DNA from: an uncultured delta proteobacterium
GTDB taxonomy: Bacteria; Desulfobacterota; Binatia; UBA9968
NCBI GenBank assembly: GCA_963771465.1
Contig: CAVYTU010000010.1
Location: forward strand, 4,380-68,379
Reading direction: 5' to 3'
Length of the DNA: 64,000 nt
The notes under the pieces were generated by a model. That model worked only from the letters and a program-made list of their open reading frames with translations, was not told where the DNA came from and did no database searches. This document shows, piece after piece, positions 1-7,368 of the stretch. The position numbers were made by a program, and so were the translations under genes. Position 1 is the stretch's first letter. The number at the start of each line of letters is the position of its first letter.

Positions 1-266
1 CCAAAGTTTCGTGGATGGTGCAAGACCTGGATATTATCCCGAGTCTTGGCGAAAGCCTCAGCGAGCTTGCCTGTTTCATCGGTGCTACCATCATTGACGA
101 CAATCATTTCCCAGCGGTAGCCGTCTTCGACCGACTTCATATACTGACAGAGGATGCTCAGATTTTTCTCCACGATCGAGGCTTCGTTGTAAGCGGGCAC
201 AACTAACGAAACTAGCGGTTTGGATGTCTTCGACTCTCCAGGACATCCGGCTGGGAAGGGCGGCAA
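1..266 (-). CDS. Glycosyltransferase family 2 (N-terminal part; gene runs off the left edge of the window)
   Basis: Reverse translation reads ...SLVVPAYNEASIVEKNLSILCQYMKSVEDGYRWEMIVVNDGSTDETGKLAEAFAKTRDNIQVLHHPRNFG, which carries the GT2 VPxYNE and NDGSxD signatures. It is absent from the ORF track because it is truncated by the window edge. The start (TTG about 266) is uncertain. Confidence 0.7.
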   Translation of the reverse strand, partial: MPPFPAGCPGESKTSKPLVSLVVPAYNEASIVEKNLSILCQYMKSVEDGYRWEMIVVNDGSTDETGKLAEAFAKTRDNIQVLHHPRNF

Positions 267-279
267 GTCTCTGTCAAGT

Positions 280-1494
280 TCAGTTACCGCTTTGAACGTG
301 CTCATGAGGTACCTCGCTCAGCAATTTGGCGATGACTTGCGCGATACGTTTTCCGCTGTCACCCTCACCAAAGGGATTACGGACTTTTCTGATTTCGTCG
401 AGCCAATTGCCATTCTGGCGCACTTCCTCGAGCATGGCGGCCAGACACTCGGGAGACCCGCCTACAAGCCGTGCTACACCCAACTCTACTGCCTCCGGTC
501 GTTCGGTGTTTTTCCGTAAGACAAGTAGGGGCTTCCCTAAAGTGGGGGCTTCTTCTTGTATCCCTCCGGAATCGGACACGATGAGCCAGGCATGGGACAA
601 CAAGACGATGAAGTGTTCGTAACTCAGCGGCTGAATGAGATGAATCCTGGGCTGTCCCGCGAGAATTGAGGTTGCCGGACCGAGGACTGCAGGATTGGGA
701 TGCACTGGAAATATAAGCGCGATATCTTCGTACTGATCGATAAAATTTTTCAGAACTCGGAGATTTTCGGCCATGACCTCACCAAAGCTCTCTCGCCGGT
801 GTGTTGTCAGAATGATCCGTCTCAATCCTTTCGTTGCCTGGAGCACTTCTTCGAGGACAGGTGTCGTTGCAGAACGCTCCAGTATGGTCTTGAGCGAATC
901 GAGCACCGGATTGCCTGTAACAAAGATGCTGCCATGCGGCACCCCCTCGGATAAAAGCGTGTCGCGATTGCGGGGCGTAGCCGCAAAGTGATAGGTGGAC
1001 AGGCGCGTGATGATTCTTCGGTTCATCTCCTCTGGATAGGGATTGTAAGCATCTCCGGTCCGTAGGCCCGCTTCCACATGGGCAACCGGAATGCGCCGGT
1101 GGAATCCCGCGAGCGCCCCCGACATGGCGGTGGTCGTATCTCCCTGGACGAGAATCATATCCGGCCTTTCTTGCGCCAGAATCGGATCGAGCGACGCCAG
1201 CACACGCGAACACACATTATTAGGCGTCTGGTTGGGTTCCATGATCTGCAAATCCTGATCGATGCGAATTCCAAATAGGCGGACAAAGGGGTAGAGGAGG
1301 TCCGTATGTTGAGCCGATGTAACATTCACGGTCTGGAACAACTTGCCACGGGCCTCCAGCTGCTGAATGACCGGTGCGAGCTTGATGATCTCGGGGCGTG
1401 TTCCAAATATTGTTAGAATCTTTTTGCTGAATTTTTCCACTGCGAATGCCCCGGATTTATCAGGTGCAATTAAATTCCTCCGCGTAGGGATCAT
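280..1494 (-). CDS. wecB: UDP-N-acetylglucosamine 2-epimerase (non-hydrolysing)
   Basis: ORF 280..1653 contains KKILTIFGTRPEIIKLAPV, HVEAGLRTGD and SDSGGIQEEAP, typical WecB/MnaA motifs. The first 53 listed codons look non-coding, so I moved the start to ATG 1494 (MIPTRR...). Confidence 0.9.
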   Translation of the reverse strand: MIPTRRNLIAPDKSGAFAVEKFSKKILTIFGTRPEIIKLAPVIQQLEARGKLFQTVNVTSAQHTDLLYPFVRLFGIRIDQDLQIMEPNQTPNNVCSRVLASLDPILAQERPDMILVQGDTTTAMSGALAGFHRRIPVAHVEAGLRTGDAYNPYPEEMNRRIITRLSTYHFAATPRNRDTLLSEGVPHGSIFVTGNPVLDSLKTILERSATTPVLEEVLQATKGLRRIILTTHRRESFGEVMAENLRVLKNFIDQYEDIALIFPVHPNPAVLGPATSILAGQPRIHLIQPLSYEHFIVLLSHAWLIVSDSGGIQEEAPTLGKPLLVLRKNTERPEAVELGVARLVGGSPECLAAMLEEVRQNGNWLDEIRKVRNPFGEGDSGKRIAQVIAKLLSEVPHEHVQSGN

Positions 1495-1896
1495 TCTACA
1501 ACGTCCTCTGCTATTTGTCTTGTAGATTCCCCAGGGTACCCTTATCCAAGCTATTGATTTTTTGAAGATTAGCGTGCTCTTCGGAGAAAAGGACGCTATT
1601 GCGGTTTGAAAAATGACCGGCAACGGAGACCAAGAATTCGCAAACTGTTCCAAAGCTCCGCGTTCAAATTGCTCGAGCTTGAGACGGTAAGTCGTCTCTC
1701 GAATAGTGGAATTAACGACTCAATACTTGAGTCGACTGTATGGCTGGCCCTTCCGAAACAGGACAGATTCTGTCGAGGGTTTTGCTTAACTTATAAAGAA
1801 GGCATAGCAGAATGAACTGTAGCAGTAACGGTTGTACGAAATGCTCCGGCAGAGTCATGAACGCTAGCATATAGGCACTGATGCTTAGCCATCCGA

Positions 1897-3038
1897 TCAC
1901 GCCGATGAACTTGAGAGAAACCGACGGTAATGCTCCCACCCATTTCCAAGGACGATGACACCGGCAGGCACAAATATGCAAAGATCGTAGTATAACAAGT
2001 ATGGTGAAGAAATTGGCAGCAGTATAAGTGCCACTAGAAGAGTCAAAGATATTTTTGGAAATTCATTCAATGAGGTGGACTTTATCAGCTTCTTGCAGCG
2101 CCATGCTCCCGCGAGCCACAATGTTGCCGCTGCGACATATATTGGCCACTTGACGTTGGCACCTAACTCCATCGGAAGCCTCAACAGAATGTCGGCAGGA
2201 AGGCTTGTAACGAGATATTCACGGATTTTGTAAACGCCGGCATAGGACAGAGTTTCGCGAAGATGAAGGGAGTAAAGCCAAGAGTTGATGATGGTCATTG
2301 GGACAAACATCATTGTCAAACTGATCAATGCGATCACACCGACAAAAAAACCAAGAAAGCATTTGAACCGACCCGCCAGGACCAGGGCAAAACTTACGAG
2401 GGCAGGGACGAATACGAACTGTGGCTTTAAGCAGACTAAGGACCACACAAGACCGGCCAGGAACGGGAGGTCTTTTTTGAATAAGAAGTACCCCCCGAGA
2501 GCGGCAAAAGTCCAAAAACAAGACTCACTTGCCCACTCCACAGAGTCGCTATTACAGGGAGAAAAAGGCTGCTCAAGAACAGGACGTCGCTCGCTCGTAC
2601 GTTACTGGCGCGAGATAAAAAAACGGCAGATAACAGCAGGCCCAGAATGGATATTATCTGCCAAAACAAAAGTGAGATATTGGGATTTACCTTACTAAGC
2701 GGTGCAAAAATCCATGCGACCAGAGGAGTATATGCAAATATCGCCGTTGATTGTTTGGGTAAAGCGGGAACCAACCGATGCGCAGCTTCGTCGAACCGTG
2801 AATGCGTAAAAGAAGAGTCGTTCGGCGCCAGGTACAGACTTTCGGCCTGACCAGAAGCCATCAAGTACCCAGCGACATAAAAAGTCGAAATGTAATCAGA
2901 TTCCCCGAAGCTTTTAGGATCGGCCAAATTAGTCTCCACCATAAGGAGCGTGAAAGCTAAACCCCAAACGGTTCCGAGAAACACCAGAATACGGTGCTGA
3001 TCAATTTGCGTTAGCTTTCCACTCCATGATTTTAGCAT
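1897..3038 (-). pseudogene. DUF2029/GT87-like polytopic membrane glycosyltransferase, interrupted by at least one frameshift (or an assembly indel)
   Basis: ORFs 2436..3038 and 1897..2541 overlap in different frames and together make one multi-TM protein. The N-terminal half shows the DUF2029 pattern (DYISTFYVAGYL..G....LY ... FAYTPLVAWIFAPL ... LFWQ). The frame switch lies within 2436-2541, which contains a C6 run (2491-2496) and a T6 run (2473-2478). A third-frame ORF (1712..1981) with more TM helices may be a displaced C-terminus. Confidence 0.6.
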
Positions 3039-3288
3039 TCCGTTCTCCGGTATTGATTAGAGCGCTTACAACTCGGCTAGAATTATTGTTGGAACAATTG
3101 CGGACAACGATTCTCCGCCGGATCCGACGAATCGATATCACCGCGAACTACCGATGAATGTCTTGCGTTTCAGTCTGGGTCCTTTAAATAAGACGAAAGT
3201 CGATAACGCTCAGCCGGAATTCCGTGACAAGAAAGTTTATCTTCCTCATTTTGGTGATCACGGAGACGCGCAGCGGACGAATTGAGGC

Positions 3289-4134
3289 TCAGTGCTCGCC
3301 GACGCCGAGGCGGCCGATGAACGGCAATTTCAACGCGGGTTTGAAAAAATCGATGCCGAAGTTGAGGCCGAGGAGGTTTAACTCAAATCCTTCTTCCCTC
3401 GCCATGGTCACGCCGAGGATGCCGAGCATGGAAAGTTGGTAGCCGGTGCCGCTGGGCGCGTGGTCGACGATGGAGCCATTGCTCGGATAGTCTTTGCCGA
3501 TCGCCGTCGCCGGCAGATCCATCCGTAGCTCGGGTACCTGGCGGCCGATGTAGGCGACGAACGTATTGCTATTGGGGCCGGGCCAGAGCATGTATTCGTC
3601 GGGGTATGGATAAGCGGTTATCGCCTCAAAAATTTTTGGTATTGCTCTTGCCGCTGCCTCACCGCGCAAATCGGCGATCAGAGTCGGCTCGTTACCAAAC
3701 CAGCGACCGTCAGGGATGCCGGCAGCTGAGAAGACGGCTGGCAGGCCGCGATAGGTGCGCCAGCCAATCACTTGATGAATGGTGTATTCCGTGGCGTTTT
3801 CCGGTTTGGTAGCGATCCAGGTGTGGACTCCAAAGATGCCACGCCAGTTCAGCGCGCGGGCGAAATAGACTTGCACGACCGCTTCCGGGGTTTTTTCCGC
3901 GAGCGGCGCAATGCCGGCGCTGGAACGGTCAGCGCGACGAAAGTCACGTCCTAGCGGCGCTTGACCGGAAAGCACGGTGTAGAGCGGCAGAGCGACAAAT
4001 AACAGCAGTAAAATGGTTAACATCCGAGAGCGCATCGCTACAACTATGCGTGGGAGTATAACCAAAGCCGCGCGCCAACGCCAGACAGGGGCGCGCAAGA
4101 TTCTCGCCATCCAGGATTCGACATCCGAGTTCAT
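3289..4134 (-). CDS. DUF3750 family membrane-anchored protein
   Basis: One N-terminal TM helix, then VVQVYFARALNWRGIFGVHTWIATKP ... WPGPNSNTFVAYIGRQVPELRMDLPATAIGKDY ... APSGTGYQLS, which matches my memory of DUF3750. The start is ambiguous (ATG at 4134, 4110, 4035 or 4023). The listed ORF start at 4323 would overlap ispF. Confidence 0.75.
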   Translation of the reverse strand: MNSDVESWMARILRAPVWRWRAALVILPRIVVAMRSRMLTILLLLFVALPLYTVLSGQAPLGRDFRRADRSSAGIAPLAEKTPEAVVQVYFARALNWRGIFGVHTWIATKPENATEYTIHQVIGWRTYRGLPAVFSAAGIPDGRWFGNEPTLIADLRGEAAARAIPKIFEAITAYPYPDEYMLWPGPNSNTFVAYIGRQVPELRMDLPATAIGKDYPSNGSIVDHAPSGTGYQLSMLGILGVTMAREEGFELNLLGLNFGIDFFKPALKLPFIGRLGVGEH

Positions 4135-4181
4135 TAATTGTAACTTCAGAACTGACAAAGCTTCTGCGTTTAAGAAAAAAT

Positions 4182-4664
4182 ATGGCGAATAATTTTCGCA
4201 TTGGCCATGGCTTCGATGTGCATCGGTTTCAGCGCGGGCGAAAATTGATGTTGGGCGGGATTGAGATTCCCCATACACGCGGGCTTTACGGCCATTCGGA
4301 CGCCGATGCGGTGCTGCACGCATTGATCAACGCGTTACTCGGCGCCATGGCGGAGGGTGATATCGGCTCGCATTTTCCCGATACCGATCCTCGTTTGAAG
4401 GGGATCGCCAGCAGCGAAATGCTCGCCGAGGCGCTGCGCATCATGCGGCGCAAACGGTTCAAACTAGTCAACGCGGATATCACGCTGGTGGCGCAGGCGC
4501 CCAAGCTCGCGCCGCATTACTTGCGCATGCGCCGGAGCGTTGCCGGCCTGTGTAAGGTTCGTGTCGATCGCATCAGCATCAAGGCGACGACGACCGAGCG
4601 GCTCGGTTGGCTTGGCGCAGGCAAAGGTATGGCGGCGACAGCGCTAGTTTTACTCGCAAAGTGA
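4182..4664 (+). CDS. ispF: 2-C-methyl-D-erythritol 2,4-cyclodiphosphate synthase
   Basis: FRIGHGFDVHRF ... GHSDADAVLHAL ... GDIGSHFPDTDP ... ATTTERLG: full-length IspF signature, 160 aa. Confidence 0.95.
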   Translation: MANNFRIGHGFDVHRFQRGRKLMLGGIEIPHTRGLYGHSDADAVLHALINALLGAMAEGDIGSHFPDTDPRLKGIASSEMLAEALRIMRRKRFKLVNADITLVAQAPKLAPHYLRMRRSVAGLCKVRVDRISIKATTTERLGWLGAGKGMAATALVLLAK

Positions 4665-4742
4665 GACCTTATTGAGGTCGTTACGACGGCCAATTGGTTG
4701 ACAAAAATGCATTTCTATAATAATCAACAACGCTAATCTGAA

Positions 4743-5090
4743 GTGACATCCGATCCTGCCAATCTAGCGCCTGAAGCGCGTGAACATGAGATCGAAAGGT
4801 TAGCTCAAGAATTGGGCCGCCTGATTCAAGGCGCCGATCATGAGCAGCGCAACGATCTCAAAGAGCTGGCATTCGCGCTCATCCGCGAGGAGTTTATCCA
4901 CAAGGTTGAGCCAAGCGAAACACAGGAAGGGTCGAAACCGGCGCCGTTCAATCCGTTGGGAACCGGCATCCTGTTGTTTATTTTGGGCGCGGGTTTGTCA
5001 TTTATATTCGGGCCGGTCGGGTTGCTACTGATGCTCGCCGGGATTGGCTTTGCGATTTGGGGCGCGCTGATTACTTGGCTCAAAGGATAG
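4743..5090 (+). CDS. Hypothetical small membrane protein (soluble helical N-terminus plus 2 TM helices), first gene of the Rieske/cyt b operon
   Basis: GTG-start ORF ending 7 nt before the Rieske gene. Its C-terminus GILLFILGAGLSFIFGPVGLLLMLAGIGFAIWGALITW is clearly transmembrane. I recognise no family. Confidence 0.45.
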   Translation: MTSDPANLAPEAREHEIERLAQELGRLIQGADHEQRNDLKELAFALIREEFIHKVEPSETQEGSKPAPFNPLGTGILLFILGAGLSFIFGPVGLLLMLAGIGFAIWGALITWLKG

Positions 5091-5097
5091 ATTACGT

Positions 5098-5616
5098 ATG
5101 GCAGAAGCGGAAAAGAAAAAAAGCGGTATTTGGTCGCGCCGAGATTTTTTCACTCGACTCGGCTGGGGCGGGTTCGGAATCTTTGGCGGTTTGAGTCTAT
5201 TGGGCTTTTTGCGCTCGGCCTTTCCCCGGGTGTTGTTCCAACCGCCGTCGACTTTCAAAGCCGGGCTGCCATCCGACTACGCCGTCGGTGAAGTCAGCGA
5301 GAAGTACAAGCAAGACCAGCGCGTTTGGATCGTGCGTGAAGAAACCGGTGTCTATGCGATATTCGCCAAGTGTACGCACTTGGGCTGTACGCCGCGCTGG
5401 CTCGCCTCCGAGAACAAATTCAAATGTCCCTGTCACGGTAGCGGCTTTTTTAAGTCTGGCTTGAATTTCGAAGGGCCGGCACCGCGTCCGTTGGATCGCT
5501 TCCAGCTCACCGTCGGCGACGATGGCCAGCTCGTGGTCGATAAGAACAAGATTTTCAGAGGCACGGCGGGCGCCGACCCTGACGAACAATATCCTGAGAG
5601 TATTCTCAAAGCTTAA
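5098..5616 (+). CDS. Rieske [2Fe-2S] subunit of a cytochrome bc/b6f-type complex (Tat signal)
   Basis: Twin-arginine motif SRRDFF followed by a TM helix. Cluster-binding boxes CTHLGC and CPCHGS are present. Confidence 0.9.
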   Translation: MAEAEKKKSGIWSRRDFFTRLGWGGFGIFGGLSLLGFLRSAFPRVLFQPPSTFKAGLPSDYAVGEVSEKYKQDQRVWIVREETGVYAIFAKCTHLGCTPRWLASENKFKCPCHGSGFFKSGLNFEGPAPRPLDRFQLTVGDDGQLVVDKNKIFRGTAGADPDEQYPESILKA

Positions 5617-5627
5617 CGGAAATAATC

Positions 5628-6398
5628 ATGAGCCTGCTTGAAAAGATCAAAAACGATATCGTCGAGAGCCACGTCTGGAAATCGATCTTTCGCCACGGCT
5701 ACGAGGACACGCCGCGTAACCGAGTGATGATGGTCACGTCCAACGTTTTTTTGCATCTCCATCCGGCCAAGGTGCGGCGTCACGCCGTGCGCATGCGTTT
5801 TACCTGGTGCATGGGCGGGCTCACCTTCCTGATGTTTCTGATGACCGCGATCACCGGTATTTATTTAATGTTCTACTATCGTCCCGTGGCCGAGTACGCC
5901 TACGCGGATATGAAGTATCTCGAATTCGACATGCCCTTCGGCATGCTCATGCGCAACATGCACCGCTGGGCGGCGCACGCGATGATCGTTTTTGTCTGGC
6001 TGCACATGTTTCGCGTCTTTCTCACCGGCTCGTACAAACCGCCGCGCGAGTTTAACTGGATCGTCGGCGTGCTCTTGCTCGTGCTTACCTTATTGTTGAG
6101 TTTCACCGGCTATCTCTTGCCGTGGGATCAGTTGGCGATTTGGGCGGTCACCGTCGGCTCCAACATGGCGCGCGCGACGCCGCTCTTGGGGTACGAGGGA
6201 CCGTTCGCCGAGTTCGTCGGCGCTAACCCGATCTACGACGCCCGCGCGTTTTTGTTTGGCGGCGGCGAAATCGGCCCGCACACGCTGCTGCGTTTCTACA
6301 TTCTCCACTGCATCTTTATTCCGCTGGTGGCGAGCATCCTGATGGCCGTACACTTCTGGCGCATCCGCCGCGACGGTTTCTCCGGCCCATCGCTCTAA
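5628..6398 (+). CDS. Cytochrome b6-type cytochrome b (N-terminal, haem-binding half)
   Basis: Four TM helices with conserved His pairs (RNMHRWAAHAMIVFVWLHMFR ...) and the LPWDQLAIWA motif typical of split cytochrome b/b6. Confidence 0.9.
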   Translation: MSLLEKIKNDIVESHVWKSIFRHGYEDTPRNRVMMVTSNVFLHLHPAKVRRHAVRMRFTWCMGGLTFLMFLMTAITGIYLMFYYRPVAEYAYADMKYLEFDMPFGMLMRNMHRWAAHAMIVFVWLHMFRVFLTGSYKPPREFNWIVGVLLLVLTLLLSFTGYLLPWDQLAIWAVTVGSNMARATPLLGYEGPFAEFVGANPIYDARAFLFGGGEIGPHTLLRFYILHCIFIPLVASILMAVHFWRIRRDGFSGPSL

Positions 6399-6422
6399 AG
6401 CAATCCAAGATCGAGGCAAAAA

Positions 6423-7190
6423 ATGGCAGAGGCAGCTCACGAAAGAAGGCTTCCGGTTGACGACAAGGTGCACACCTGGCCGCACTTAGTGCGGATGGAG
6501 TTTCTCGTCGCGCTTTTCGTCATGGTTGTATTGACATTGTGGTCGATCACCATCGACGCGCCTTTGGAAGAGCCGGCCAATCCGACCCGAACACCCAATC
6601 CATCGAAAGCTCCGTGGTACTTTCTCGGATTGCAGGAAATGTTGGTTTACTTCGATCCCTGGCACGCCGGCGTGGTGTTGCCGACCCTTATCATTATCGG
6701 TTTGATGGTCATCCCCTATATCGACATCAATCCCAAGGGTAACGGCTACTACTGCTTTAAAGCGCGCAAGTGGGAAATCCTCACGTTCTTTTTCGGTTTC
6801 CACGTCCTGTGGATTTCAATGATCATCATCGGCACCTTTTTCCGCGGCCCAGGTTGGAACCTATTCTGGCCGTGGCAGCGGTGGGATCCGCATAAAGTGG
6901 TCGCTTTAACCAACGTCGATCTGCCCTACCTATTGGGTTTTCGCGACTACTGGCTGTCGGCGGCGTTCAGCCTCGTTGCCGTCGGCGCTTATTTCGTCGT
7001 CGGCATGGTGTTGTTTTATATGTTTGTGGTCAAAGTCAAAGGCAAGGGATTTATCGAACGCTGGGGCATGGTGCGCTTTAACATTGCCGGCATTATCTTG
7101 GTGCTGATGATGTCTTTGCCGGTCAAAATGTTTCTTCGGTTGGCATTCAACGTGAAATACATCTTGGTCACGCCGTGGATTAATATCTAA
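6423..7190 (+). CDS. Cytochrome b C-terminal half / subunit IV-like protein with additional C-terminal helices
   Basis: The Qo-region sequence PNPSKAPWYFLGLQEML aligns to the PEWYF(F/L)P region of PetD/cyt b C-terminus. At 255 aa with extra TM helices it is longer than PetD. Confidence 0.8.
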   Translation: MAEAAHERRLPVDDKVHTWPHLVRMEFLVALFVMVVLTLWSITIDAPLEEPANPTRTPNPSKAPWYFLGLQEMLVYFDPWHAGVVLPTLIIIGLMVIPYIDINPKGNGYYCFKARKWEILTFFFGFHVLWISMIIIGTFFRGPGWNLFWPWQRWDPHKVVALTNVDLPYLLGFRDYWLSAAFSLVAVGAYFVVGMVLFYMFVVKVKGKGFIERWGMVRFNIAGIILVLMMSLPVKMFLRLAFNVKYILVTPWINI

Positions 7191-7358
7191 ATGTTCTACG
7201 TGGCGAAAATTCTTCAAGCCCTGGGGCTGGCGGATATTGGCTACGCTTTGTTCGTTGGCATCATGAGAAATTCTTCAATGGCTGAAGAAATCGTTTTAAC
7301 GCTGATCGGTCTTGGGGTTTTTTCTTTGGGCCGTGCGCTGGAAAACAAAGTAGCGTAA
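7191..7358 (+). CDS. Unlisted 55-aa two-TM ORF inside the operon
   Basis: ATG 7191 directly abuts the TAA of the preceding gene (TAAATG). Translation is MFYVAKILQALGLADIGYALFVGIMRNSSMAEEIVLTLIGLGVFSLGRALENKVA*. Its stop lies 10 nt before the next start. It falls below the 60-aa cutoff of the ORF track. Confidence 0.45.
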   Translation: MFYVAKILQALGLADIGYALFVGIMRNSSMAEEIVLTLIGLGVFSLGRALENKVA

Positions 7359-7368
7359 GGGAGTCGGG

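Noticed and set aside
280-1653. Full 457-aa version of the wecB ORF
   Set aside because: The first 53 codons have no similarity to epimerases and lie in AT-rich, probably non-coding DNA. Homology starts right after M54.
4698-4721. TTGACA ... TATAAT pair upstream of the Rieske/cyt b operon
   Set aside because: The two perfect hexamers are only 12 nt apart, too short for a sigma70 promoter. Alternative -10 hexamers at proper spacing are poor. Left unassigned.
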